This document shows positions 1-9,527 of a DNA stretch of 64,000 nucleotides, piece by piece. The stretch is from Nitrosopumilus sp. Its GTDB lineage: Archaea > Thermoproteota > Nitrososphaeria > Nitrososphaerales > Nitrosopumilaceae. The notes beneath the pieces were generated by a model. That model made no database searches, was not told the DNA's origin, and saw only the letters and a program-made list of their open reading frames with translations. Numbering within the stretch: position 1 is the stretch's first letter; each line of letters begins with the position of its first letter. Where the stretch lies: assembly GCA_965224195.1 (NCBI GenBank), contig OZ245040.1:832001-896000 (forward strand), written 5' to 3'. The position numbers and the translations under genes were made by a program.

Positions 1-200
1 AAATCTGGAATTTCATGTTTGATGATTTTACCCACTTCAATTGGTGAAACTCTTTGAAATCCTAACACATTTTCTGTAAGGTGGATTGCATCACATTTTT
101 TTGAAATTATTTTTATTTTATCTACAAATTTTTTAATTGATTCATTTGTATCTACATCAGGTAGAATTTTGGGTGGATTAGCTTCATACCTAATTGTCAT
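1..200 (-). CDS. 5' part of methylenetetrahydrofolate reductase-like protein (runs off window)
   Basis: Manual translation from ATG at 200: MTIRYEANPPKILPDVD...CDAIHLTENVLGFQRVSP, resembling the MetF N-terminus (E-x-x-PP, D-x-I-x-x-T-E/D). Confidence 0.6.
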   Translation of the reverse strand, partial: MTIRYEANPPKILPDVDTNESIKKFVDKIKIISKKCDAIHLTENVLGFQRVSPIEVGKIIKHEIPD

Positions 201-274
201 ATTTTCAATTCTTCTATCCTTGGTTAAAACCTTTGAATACCAATACTCATTTGGAATAGTAGGAAAGAACTACG

Positions 275-823
275 ATGCTTCTAGATGAATTAAAATCTCA
301 CCTTTCTACACAAATTAATCCTAAAATTGAATCTAATGGAAAATATCGTTTAGCATCAGTACTGGTGGTAATTTATGGTAAAGAGCCAATTGTTGTAATG
401 ACTGAAAAACCAAAACATATGAAATTCCATGCAGGTGAAATTTCATTCCCTGGTGGAAAATTAGATTCTGATGATTCAGATCTTTTAGAAACTGCATTGC
501 GTGAAACCCGTGAAGAAATTGGACTTTCAATTTCTAAAGAGCAAGTAATTGGCCAGCTAGATCCAGTTATAACATTAAATTCTGGATTTTTAATTTTACC
601 CTTTGTTTCAGTAGTAAATGAAATCATTACACTTTCAGCCAATGCTGAAGTAGAAAAAATTTTTCATATTCCTTTAGAACTATTTTTAAAAACTAAAGCA
701 AAAGATCCTGATCCATTACATAATCTAATTCAAGAAATGTACACCTTTGAATATCAAAATCAAATTGTGTGGGGTGCTTCTGCTAGAATTCTAAAACAGA
801 TTCAAGATTGCCTAAAATCCTGA
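275..823 (+). CDS. Nudix hydrolase, CoA pyrophosphatase (NudL/PCD1-like)
   Basis: HAGEISFPGG upstream of Nudix box (ALRETREEIGL); C-terminal VWGASA. Confidence 0.9.
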   Translation: MLLDELKSHLSTQINPKIESNGKYRLASVLVVIYGKEPIVVMTEKPKHMKFHAGEISFPGGKLDSDDSDLLETALRETREEIGLSISKEQVIGQLDPVITLNSGFLILPFVSVVNEIITLSANAEVEKIFHIPLELFLKTKAKDPDPLHNLIQEMYTFEYQNQIVWGASARILKQIQDCLKS

Positions 824-860
824 GATTCATTTAAAAAGAGCTCTTCGTGCCTGAAAATCT

Positions 861-1019
861 ATGGCTGCACGTAAGTCCTCTCCAAGGAAAATCCGTCTAC
901 TCAAAAAGACTAGACAGACATCCGCAGTACCTGCATGGATTATTCTCAAAACTAAGAGAAGTGTTAGAACCAATCCCCAACGCAGAGCTTGGAGATCAAC
1001 TGATGTGGAGGTAGGATAG
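861..1019 (+). CDS. rpl39e: 50S ribosomal protein L39e (not in ORF track)
   Basis: MAARKSSPRKIRLLKKTRQTSAVPAWIILKTKRSVRTNPQRRAWRSTDVEVG (52 aa); VPxW and RRxWR motifs; abuts rpl31e. Confidence 0.95.
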   Translation: MAARKSSPRKIRLLKKTRQTSAVPAWIILKTKRSVRTNPQRRAWRSTDVEVG

Positions 1020-1610
1020 TTGTCTCAAGAATTAGAACGAGTTTATACAATTCCACTTGGTAAAGTAAAAATTTCACAATCACAACATAGAGCCGTTAGA
1101 GCAATTAACATGATTAGAGAATTTGCTCGACATCACATGAAAGTTGAGACAATCAAAATAGATGAAGAATTAGCTCGTTCTATGTGGGCAAGAGGTGTTA
1201 GAAATCCTCCAAGAAAAGTTAGAGTTAGAATGAGTAAAACTGACGAAGGCTATATTCTTGTCACTAAATATACTGAAGACGAAGAAGCTAAAGTAACTCC
1301 TGAAACAGAAACCAAAAAAGTTTCTGACAAAGTAGAAGAACCAGCTAAAGAAGCACCAAAGAAAGATACACCAGCTAAAGAAGCACCAAAGAAAGATACA
1401 CCAGCTAAAGAAGCACCAAAGAAAGATACACCAGCTAAAGAAGCACCAAAGAAAGATACACCAGCTAAAGAAGCACCAAAGAAAGATACACCAGCTAAAG
1501 AAGCACCAAAGAAAGATACACCAGCTAAAGAAGCACCAAAGAAAGATACACCAGCTAAAGAAGCACCAAAGAAAGATACACCAGCTAAAGAAGCACCAAA
1601 GAAAGATTAA
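1020..1610 (+). CDS. rpl31e: 50S ribosomal protein L31e with long repetitive C-terminal tail
   Basis: ERVYTIPL, RAVRAI, WARGVRNPPRKVRVR motifs; TTG start; follows rpl39e. Confidence 0.95.
   Translation: MSQELERVYTIPLGKVKISQSQHRAVRAINMIREFARHHMKVETIKIDEELARSMWARGVRNPPRKVRVRMSKTDEGYILVTKYTEDEEAKVTPETETKKVSDKVEEPAKEAPKKDTPAKEAPKKDTPAKEAPKKDTPAKEAPKKDTPAKEAPKKDTPAKEAPKKDTPAKEAPKKDTPAKEAPKKDTPAKEAPKKD
1341..1607 (+). repeat. Perfect 30-bp tandem repeat, 8.9 copies (PAKEAPKKDT)
   Basis: Unit ccagctaaagaagcaccaaagaaagataca repeated without mismatch to the stop codon. Confidence 0.98.
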
Positions 1611-1645
1611 TTCTTTTCAAAAAATTATTGTTTTTAAAAATAAGT

Positions 1646-2596
1646 TTATTCTAATTGATACAAGTCTAATTCACAATCGATATTACAATCTGGTGTTGAC
1701 CAATCAAGTGTATCTTCTTGTGGAATCATTCCTAAAGGATCATAATTATCAAATTTTGTCATTCCTTGAATTGATGATAACATTACAACTTTGGATTCTT
1801 CTGCAGATGAGGTCATATCAATTTGTGAATTACTTTCATTAACAATTCCTGCTGTAAGGTTTGTAATTGAGTTGATAACTCCTACTGGGATGTTACTTCC
1901 TCCAACTACATACAACATTGAACGTTTAACTGAGTTTGGAGGTGCATTTCCATAAAACATTTTGAGTGAATCTCTTAGCGAGTCTTCAATATGTTGACCA
2001 TCCTTGCTTGTGGATAGAATACTTGTTTCATTGGATATTTCTGATGAACCAAGTGAACTTACAACGTGCATCATTGCAGAATTTGCAATTTCATAACATG
2101 CTTTTGGACTTAAATCTGGATTACTTTCCAATAGTGAATCATTATCAAGCACAATTGTGCATTTTGAGTTCTCTCTTACTCTTTTTAGGGATACTCCTGA
2201 ATTGAAAATTCGGTCTTTCTCATATTTGAAAGGCATTATTGCAAAGGAAACTAATCCTGCATCTACTTCTTTACACATTTCTGATACTACAGGTGCCATG
2301 GCTGAGCCTGTTTTACCTGCTAAATTACTCATTAAGACAACTGTGGAATAACCTGAGATTTTTGATTTTATTTCCTCGGCAACTTTGTAAGTTGAACCTC
2401 TGATTAATTGAACTGATGGATTAACTACTGATTCAGTAGAAACATGAACAGATGGAATTTCTGATGATAAATCATTCTTATCGTTACTAATTATTAGACA
2501 ATCTGAATTTAGAGAATTTTTTGCATCTACTGCTAATTTTGAGCCTACGCCACCAAGGCCTATGACTAAAACTGGTTCTTTAACTTGAAAACTCAT
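1646..2596 (-). CDS. ftsZ: Divergent FtsZ/tubulin-family protein (thaumarchaeal FtsZ)
   Basis: VIGLGGVG, degenerate signature NLAGKTGSAMAP, MPFKYE, LDNDSL. Confidence 0.8.
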   Translation of the reverse strand: MSFQVKEPVLVIGLGGVGSKLAVDAKNSLNSDCLIISNDKNDLSSEIPSVHVSTESVVNPSVQLIRGSTYKVAEEIKSKISGYSTVVLMSNLAGKTGSAMAPVVSEMCKEVDAGLVSFAIMPFKYEKDRIFNSGVSLKRVRENSKCTIVLDNDSLLESNPDLSPKACYEIANSAMMHVVSSLGSSEISNETSILSTSKDGQHIEDSLRDSLKMFYGNAPPNSVKRSMLYVVGGSNIPVGVINSITNLTAGIVNESNSQIDMTSSAEESKVVMLSSIQGMTKFDNYDPLGMIPQEDTLDWSTPDCNIDCELDLYQLE

Positions 2597-2669
2597 TTCT
2601 AATCTTATTTCTTGATTTAGATAAAAAACCTTCTTACGTTTTTTTAATCAAATTTTAGATCGAAAAAAA

Positions 2670-3938
2670 TTAGCTTGCGATCTTACCAATCAATCGTTTC
2701 ACAGTAGCATCTGTGATTTCAACTGTATGTGATTGGCCTAGTTCAACCTTATCCTTTACTGCTATAGGCTTGTAAGCAAAATTTCTACCCTTTATTCCCT
2801 CATCTGTCATTTCATCAAATAGAACTTTACCTTTCCAACCGATCCACTTTTGATTACTCCCCATTGATAATTTACTGATCTGCTCAAAAACTATCTTTGT
2901 CCTTCGCTTAATTTCAGCTGCATCAATCTGTTCTAATTCCGCAGCATCTGTTCCAGGTCTTGCACTATACTTTGATAGATTGACAACATCTGGTTTTGTT
3001 TCATCTAACAATGCTATTGTTTTTTGGAACTCTTCTTCTGTTTCAGTGGGAAATCCTACAATGATATCTGTCGAAATAGTAAAGTCTCCAAATCTCTCTT
3101 TGACTTTATTTACAATCTCTCTAAATGTACCCGATGTATGCCCCCGCTTCATATCGTTTAGTACTTTGTCACTTCCACTCTGTACTGGAATATGTAAAAA
3201 TTTGAAAACTTTATCGTTGTCAAAAGATTCAATCAAATTCTCTTTAATCCTTGGCATGTACATTGGGTTCATCATGCCAACGCGTATCATAAAATCATCT
3301 GGAATTTCAGAAACTGCGTTTACTAATGATGGTAAATCAGTACCAATATCAAAACCATAACACCCGTTATCTGTAGATGTTAGCCACACTTCTTTACATC
3401 CTTCTTTGATTTCAGTTTGAACCTGTCTTACAATATCTCCTAATCTGTAACTTGAAAGATCCCCTTTAGATAATTTGGTTTGGCAAAAAGTGCATTCACT
3501 CATACATCCACTTGCAATCTCTACAATTCCTACTGTTGGGTTTAGTCTTACTTTTGGAAGTCCTATTTTGGATAAGTCCGTGTCCTCCAAGGCAATTTGC
3601 TTTCTTCCTCCTAAAGTTGAATTAATCACTTGAAGGGTTTTCCCTAATGAATTGGGTCCTAATAGACTAGCATTTTCTGAAAATTTTTCTACATTTTCTT
3701 TTTCTGCTTTTGGAAGACATCCTGCTACGATAAGCGGTTTTGATTTTAATGAATTAATTCTATACATCATTTTATTTGCAGTTGAATCTTTGACAGAACA
3801 AGTGACTATGACGTTTAGATCTGAATCTGAGGAATTGTCAGTAAGAGTATGGCCTCCATTTTGAATTAACCCTGATATCATTTCGGAATCTGCAAAACTT
3901 GCAGAACATCCATAAGCTTCTACAAAGATCTTTGCCAT
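2670..3938 (-). CDS. Radical SAM tRNA methylthiotransferase (MiaB-like, archaeal MtaB type)
   Basis: UPF0004 N-terminus (YGC...DSE, TCSV), CMSECTFC cluster motif, DIIVGFPTET, C-terminal TRAM. Confidence 0.9.
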   Translation of the reverse strand: MAKIFVEAYGCSASFADSEMISGLIQNGGHTLTDNSSDSDLNVIVTCSVKDSTANKMMYRINSLKSKPLIVAGCLPKAEKENVEKFSENASLLGPNSLGKTLQVINSTLGGRKQIALEDTDLSKIGLPKVRLNPTVGIVEIASGCMSECTFCQTKLSKGDLSSYRLGDIVRQVQTEIKEGCKEVWLTSTDNGCYGFDIGTDLPSLVNAVSEIPDDFMIRVGMMNPMYMPRIKENLIESFDNDKVFKFLHIPVQSGSDKVLNDMKRGHTSGTFREIVNKVKERFGDFTISTDIIVGFPTETEEEFQKTIALLDETKPDVVNLSKYSARPGTDAAELEQIDAAEIKRRTKIVFEQISKLSMGSNQKWIGWKGKVLFDEMTDEGIKGRNFAYKPIAVKDKVELGQSHTVEITDATVKRLIGKIAS

Positions 3939-3941
3939 AAT

Positions 3942-5303
3942 TTATCGAAATAGAGAATCAATTTCTTTGTTACTCATTAGTTTTTTTGAAACTACAAGTT
4001 CTCTGATGGTCTTTCCAGTTTTTAGTGATTCTTTGAAAAGTTCTGCAGACTTTAGATATCCAATTTTTGGAGTTAACAATGTGACAATTACAGGACTATT
4101 TTCAATATCTTCACGTAATTTGTTTTTGTTAGCTGTTAGTCCATCAACTAGATTTGTAGAGAATATTGGCAGGAAGTTTTTCAGCATGTCTGTTGATTCT
4201 AACATGCACTTTAGCATTCCAGGAAGCATAACGTTTAGCTCAAACTGTCCTCCTTGGGCTGCACACGAAACTGATGTATCGTTTCCAATAATGTTGAAAC
4301 AAATCATGTTCATGCATTCTGCTAATGATGGATTTACTTTTCCAGGCATGATTGATGAACCTGCATGAACTGCAGGAATTCCTAGTTCTGCCAACCCTGC
4401 AATTGGACCTGATGCCATTAATCTAATGTCATTTGAAACTTTACTAATTTCTATTGCCAAGTTTCGTAAAGCACTTGATAAGTTTGATACTGCAAATTTA
4501 CTTTGCAAACTATGTTGCATATCTTTTTCTGGTTTTAGTGATAATTTTGCAATTTTCCCTAGTTCTGCAATTGCAATTTTTCTATATCCTTTTGGGGTGT
4601 TAGCTCCAGAACCTACTGCAGTGCCGCCAAGTGCAACATTTTGTAATTCTTTTTGTGCATCGATGATTTCTTTTCTAGCTTTAGAAATTGAAGTAACATA
4701 TGCTGCAAATTCACTACCTAATGTTACTGGCAATGCATCCATGAGGTGAGTTCTTCCAATTTTCTTAAATGATGAAAATTGTTTTGCTTTTTTGGATAAT
4801 GATTTTATTAAAATATCAATTGCAGGAATGGTTTCTTTAAGGTTAATTAAAATTGCAACATGCATTGCAGTAGGGTATGTATCGTTACTTGACTGTGACA
4901 TGTTGACATGATCATTTGGATGGAGGAATTCATACTGTCCTTTTTTCTTATGTAATACTTCCAAAGCAACATTTGAAATTACTTCATTAGAATTCATGTT
5001 AAATGCAGTACCTGCACCAGAATTTATCATATCTACTACAAATTGATCAACGTATTTTCCAACTAGAATTTTGTCACAAGCTGTGACAATAGCTTTTCCA
5101 CGTTTTGTGTCAATTGCCTTTGTTTTCATATTTGCAATTGCTGTAGAACGTTTTATCATTACAAATGACTTTATCAAATTTTCATGGCTTTTGTTACCCG
5201 TTACATGATATTGTTTGATTGCTCTTCCTGTGAATGCCCCATAATATGCGTCAGCCGGAATTTTGACTTTTCCAAGTGAATCTTGATCTAATCGAAATTT
5301 CAT
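3942..5303 (-). CDS. Class II fumarate hydratase / aspartate ammonia-lyase family
   Basis: GSSIMPGKVNP signature, HPNDHVNMSQSSND, GRTHLMDA; start moved to ATG 5303 (track start 5324). Confidence 0.9.
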   Translation of the reverse strand: MKFRLDQDSLGKVKIPADAYYGAFTGRAIKQYHVTGNKSHENLIKSFVMIKRSTAIANMKTKAIDTKRGKAIVTACDKILVGKYVDQFVVDMINSGAGTAFNMNSNEVISNVALEVLHKKKGQYEFLHPNDHVNMSQSSNDTYPTAMHVAILINLKETIPAIDILIKSLSKKAKQFSSFKKIGRTHLMDALPVTLGSEFAAYVTSISKARKEIIDAQKELQNVALGGTAVGSGANTPKGYRKIAIAELGKIAKLSLKPEKDMQHSLQSKFAVSNLSSALRNLAIEISKVSNDIRLMASGPIAGLAELGIPAVHAGSSIMPGKVNPSLAECMNMICFNIIGNDTSVSCAAQGGQFELNVMLPGMLKCMLESTDMLKNFLPIFSTNLVDGLTANKNKLREDIENSPVIVTLLTPKIGYLKSAELFKESLKTGKTIRELVVSKKLMSNKEIDSLFR

Positions 5304-5411
5304 GATGACTTTACTAATTTCCAACCATTATTCATTCTTTTTCAGATATTTTCAAAAAACTACGTGCCCATAATGGGAATTATTATATAGGAATTGTATG
5401 GTCGTTGCTTT

Positions 5412-6833
5412 ATGAATAAGCGTATTAGCATGCTCTTTACTATTGCAGCAGTAGCTGTAATGGGAGCAACCTTATTCGGAAGCACATACACACAAACCCA
5501 AATTGGCGGACAATCACTCGACATCAACAAAATGGATGTCGATGTAATTGAACAAATCCATCAAATGGGTGGTTTACAACTTGTAATGCCTCAAGCATTC
5601 GCAGAAACTGATTGTGGTGTACTTGAATCTTCTGGACGCACTGTCGTCGAGTTTGATTTGACTGGTAAAAGTGTCGAACTTCCAATTATGGGAGGAAAAA
5701 CTTACAACGCTATGACCTTTAGTGGACAAGTCCCAGGACCAACACTAAGAGTTACACAAGGTGATGTTGTAAAAATGACATTAACAATTCCATCAGATGA
5801 AGTTACTGGACACGGTAACGACATGCACGCATCTCAAATGTCAGCAGGAAACTTTGAATCCGTTAATCCGGGTGAAACAAGCATGTACTGCTACATTGCT
5901 GAATCTGCTGGTGTTTTCAAATACCATTGTTCTGGTGTCAAACTAATTGGCATGGACCAACACGTTCTTTCCGGCATGTACGGAATTGCAATCGTTGATC
6001 CTGTTAATGGATACAAGAAACTAATGGTAGAGAAAACAGCTGTCAGTAACGGTGAAGTTTCATTAGATAGAATGTTCTACGATGCAGACGCATTAGAGTT
6101 TCAACTCCAATACAATCAATTGTATTTGAACGATGACGGCAATTATGATGCAACAGCAATGTTTGCACATCAAAATACTGCAACAGTCGTTAATGGAATG
6201 CAATTTGGTTATGTACCAAACATGGCTCATAACTTACTCGTCAATGGCGATGTAAACAAGAACATCTTTGTCGCACAACCATGGAATGGACTTGAACACA
6301 AGCAATACCAATCACAACCTTTGTTTGTTGAAAATAATCAACACGTGAGACTCTTTATCGAAAACCACGGTAACGAACCACTATTCTTCCACATTGTTGG
6401 AGAAATCTTGGACAGAGTTACCCAAGGTAACAGAGTACAATCCGCAGCAACTGAAACATGGTTACTCGGAGGTTCACAAAACATGATTGTTGACTTGGTC
6501 TTTGATGAACCAGGTGCATATGCAGCACTAAACCATGATTATGCAGCAATTTACACTGGCGCAGCTACAATCTTTGTAGCAGGTGACCCATTCGGCTTGA
6601 ACCCAGTTCTAGTTGAGAAAGGAGTTATCCCAGCACCAGTAGCATCTTATGCATATGTTTTAGGCAATCCAAGTGACGCTGTCCCACCAATGGGAATGAA
6701 CAGTATTGCTCATCCTGCCCAAAACATTCACGGTTTAATGACTGATGAAGTAGCTTCTGAAATGCAAGCAAGTGGCGATTATGTCGCATTATGGGAAGTA
6801 ATTCCTGTAGTAGCAGAAATCCTTACTTCTTGA
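5412..6833 (+). CDS. nirK: Copper-containing nitrite reductase, AOA type
   Basis: Signal peptide; PGPTLRV, HGNDMH, YHCS...QHVLSGMYG (type-1 Cu), FHIVGE, NHD; ATG 5412 preferred to TTG 5394. Confidence 0.88.
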   Translation: MNKRISMLFTIAAVAVMGATLFGSTYTQTQIGGQSLDINKMDVDVIEQIHQMGGLQLVMPQAFAETDCGVLESSGRTVVEFDLTGKSVELPIMGGKTYNAMTFSGQVPGPTLRVTQGDVVKMTLTIPSDEVTGHGNDMHASQMSAGNFESVNPGETSMYCYIAESAGVFKYHCSGVKLIGMDQHVLSGMYGIAIVDPVNGYKKLMVEKTAVSNGEVSLDRMFYDADALEFQLQYNQLYLNDDGNYDATAMFAHQNTATVVNGMQFGYVPNMAHNLLVNGDVNKNIFVAQPWNGLEHKQYQSQPLFVENNQHVRLFIENHGNEPLFFHIVGEILDRVTQGNRVQSAATETWLLGGSQNMIVDLVFDEPGAYAALNHDYAAIYTGAATIFVAGDPFGLNPVLVEKGVIPAPVASYAYVLGNPSDAVPPMGMNSIAHPAQNIHGLMTDEVASEMQASGDYVALWEVIPVVAEILTS

Positions 6834-6845
6834 TCCTTTAACAAT

Positions 6846-6868
6846 CTTTTTTTCTTTTTATTTTTCTT
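6846..6868 (+). terminator. Oligo-T tract after nirK
   Basis: ctttttttctttttatttttctt shortly after the stop; archaeal-type intrinsic terminator. Confidence 0.5.
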
Positions 6869-6903
6869 AATGAATTATATGCCGTTATTCATTTTCTATT
6901 CTT

Positions 6904-7836
6904 ATGGGATTTGAAGACTCTGTATTGATTTGTGATGTAGTAGATCCTATATTGAATAAAATTCTGATTGATAACGGACTAAAAGTTTCATATGAGCCAG
7001 AGATTACCCCTGAACAAATTTTAGAAAAAATTTCCACTTTTAATATTATAATCGTTCGCAGTCGAACTACAATTACAAAAGAAATGATTGAGAAAGCAGA
7101 TAATTGTAAGATAATTGCACGTGTTGGAGTTGGATTAGATAATGTTGATCAAGAAGCGGCTAAAACAAAAGACATTCGTGTAATTAACGCAGTTGAGGGT
7201 GCAATGAATGCTGTTGCAGAATTAGTTTTAGGTTTGATGTTATCTCTTGCAAGACAAACTGGCAGAGGTGATAGAGCAATTAGAAATGATCAATGGCTCA
7301 AAAAAGAACTCAAGGGAACAGAACTTCGAGGAAAATATTTGGGAATTATTGGCTTAGGAAATATTGGAAAAAGATTAGGAAGACTTGCACGTGCATTAAA
7401 CATGAATATTATTGGATATGATGTAATGCCAATTGATGAGGAATTTGCAAAAGAAGTTGGTTTAATGAAATCTGATTTGAATACTCTTTTACAAAGTTCT
7501 GATTACATTTCAATTCATGTTCCACTTTTGGATTCTACTTATCATCTTTTAGATGCAGAAAAAATGTCTACTATGAAAAAGACTGCAAAAATTATCAATA
7601 CTTCAAGAGGTGGAGTTGTTGATGAGGATGCTCTTTACAATGCCCTCAAAAATGGTACATTAGGTGGTGCTGCATTAGATGTGTTTGAAAAAGAACCTGC
7701 TATTGGAACAAAACTTGCTGAACTTGATAATGTAATTCTAACACCACACATTGGAGCTCAAACTAAAGAGGCTCAATCTTTGGCTGCAAATGTAATTGCT
7801 GAAAAGATTATTCAGATTCTTCGTGGCGTAATCTAG
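6904..7836 (+). CDS. serA: D-3-phosphoglycerate dehydrogenase
   Basis: ARVGVGLDNVD, GIIGLGNIG, INTSRGGVVDE, TPHIGAQT. Confidence 0.85.
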   Translation: MGFEDSVLICDVVDPILNKILIDNGLKVSYEPEITPEQILEKISTFNIIIVRSRTTITKEMIEKADNCKIIARVGVGLDNVDQEAAKTKDIRVINAVEGAMNAVAELVLGLMLSLARQTGRGDRAIRNDQWLKKELKGTELRGKYLGIIGLGNIGKRLGRLARALNMNIIGYDVMPIDEEFAKEVGLMKSDLNTLLQSSDYISIHVPLLDSTYHLLDAEKMSTMKKTAKIINTSRGGVVDEDALYNALKNGTLGGAALDVFEKEPAIGTKLAELDNVILTPHIGAQTKEAQSLAANVIAEKIIQILRGVI

Positions 7837-7967
7837 TATCATTTCTGCCTGAACTTTAAAAATAAGTCCTTATGTTTTACATGAAAAAATAATCATTAAA
7901 GTAAATCTAGTCGTGTTTTTTTATTTTACTGTATAAAGAATTTTTAGATGATATGAAACTATGAAAT

Positions 7968-9365
7968 TTGATGTATTCTCTAAAAGATTTAGAATCTAAA
8001 AAGAATGATTTACTAATTATTCATTATGCATGTAGTTCAGTTACAGAATCTCCAGTTATAGTTAGTTCAATTTCGATCAAAAGTAGTTTGACAGGACAAA
8101 TTGATACTTTTAGTTTGGATGAATTTAAAACAGAAAAAGAACTACTGCAAAATTTTTATTATTTTTTAAAAAATACTGAAGATAAGATCTTTGTAACCTG
8201 GAATCAAAAAAGTAGCACATATGGAATTCAGTATTTATCCAGAAGATGTAAAGAACATGATATTTCTGATTCACTTCCAATTGATATGGTAAAAGTAGTT
8301 GATTTGGATGACCTATTTGCTGCTCAATATGGAAAAAATTACGTTAGTCATCCAAAATTAAGAACTCTTGCTGAACTAAACCATCTACAACTCGAAAATT
8401 TTGTGGATGGAAAAAATGAGATTGAATTATTAAAAAAAAGTCATTTTAAAAAAATTGAAAATTCTACTAATAGGAAAGTTGGGTTAATTCATGATTTAAT
8501 GCATTTAGGATTACGTGATGGTTTGAAAACTAAAAAAACAATCAAACCACAAGAATCAAAATTTAGTTTTATTCTTATACCTCGTTTTAATTTAAAAATT
8601 GGAAAAGAAACAATTGTTTTATTTTTTATAATTGGATTTTCGTTATTTTTGGTTGGTGACTATATTGTTCTAGATAATACAAAATTCTTTACTTATGATC
8701 GTCCTACATATTGGTTAAGTTTTGAACGCAATATGACTAAAGTAAACTCTGTTGAAATCAATGTGAATTATAACTCTGATAAGTTTGAAATAAGAACTGA
8801 ATTCTTACCTAAAGGAACTAATGTACAGTATCGTGTTGATATTGAGAACATTAGTTCGAATTTAGATTGTTATACTAATTTAGCAGAATTAGATTTAGAA
8901 AATAATTTGTTACATACTTGGATTACAGCAAACACATCAAAAATAAATCAAAATGTAATCAATGATCCTAAAAATACTAAGTTGGTAATGTCACAAACAT
9001 GTACCATGGATGATTCAATTATTCCAAATGGTTTATGGAATTTTAAAATTACCAATCATACTAAACCATTGATTGTTGACAATGTTCTGTTTTCTGTAAT
9101 GTATGATTCAGATAAATTTGGATGTAGGGATAGTTGTTTTTACAGTGATCAACTGAAATTAAAAGATCAAGATAATCAATTTAATGCAAAATATCTGTTG
9201 TTGGAAGGAAATAAAATTAATGTTGAAGATTTGGAAATTGAATTACGTACTATAGATACGTCTAAAGAGTATTGGGCTAATATTCTGTTTTGGATTATTC
9301 TTGGATTGGTGCCTGTAATCATTACGATAGTTTTCCATATTATCACAAAACAAAAATCAAAATAA
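7968..9365 (+). CDS. Accessory membrane protein: N-terminal RNase H/exonuclease-like domain, TM, external domain, C-terminal TM
   Basis: IIHYACSS, FVTWN...YGIQYL, VDLDD, HPKL motifs; two hydrophobic helices; very AT-rich. Confidence 0.55.
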   Translation: MMYSLKDLESKKNDLLIIHYACSSVTESPVIVSSISIKSSLTGQIDTFSLDEFKTEKELLQNFYYFLKNTEDKIFVTWNQKSSTYGIQYLSRRCKEHDISDSLPIDMVKVVDLDDLFAAQYGKNYVSHPKLRTLAELNHLQLENFVDGKNEIELLKKSHFKKIENSTNRKVGLIHDLMHLGLRDGLKTKKTIKPQESKFSFILIPRFNLKIGKETIVLFFIIGFSLFLVGDYIVLDNTKFFTYDRPTYWLSFERNMTKVNSVEINVNYNSDKFEIRTEFLPKGTNVQYRVDIENISSNLDCYTNLAELDLENNLLHTWITANTSKINQNVINDPKNTKLVMSQTCTMDDSIIPNGLWNFKITNHTKPLIVDNVLFSVMYDSDKFGCRDSCFYSDQLKLKDQDNQFNAKYLLLEGNKINVEDLEIELRTIDTSKEYWANILFWIILGLVPVIITIVFHIITKQKSK

Positions 9366-9527
9366 TCAAAAATTCTTCTGAAAAAATTACGCTTGAAAAT
9401 ACTCTTATGCTTATTTTTTTACTACTAATTCCTAACACATCTAAAAATAAGTAAAAAAGCTTGACTTTTACGTGATTTATTATCGTCTCTTCATTTTTAA
9501 CGTCAATTCGGAGGTCAAAATATACAG

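Noticed and set aside
1341-1607. 30-bp repeats as a CRISPR array
   Set aside because: Tandem with no spacers and in frame within rpl31e
7857-9452. taaaaataagt on both sides of the accessory gene as a target-site duplication
   Set aside because: AT-rich 11-mer that also occurs near 1635; likely chance or a promoter-like motif
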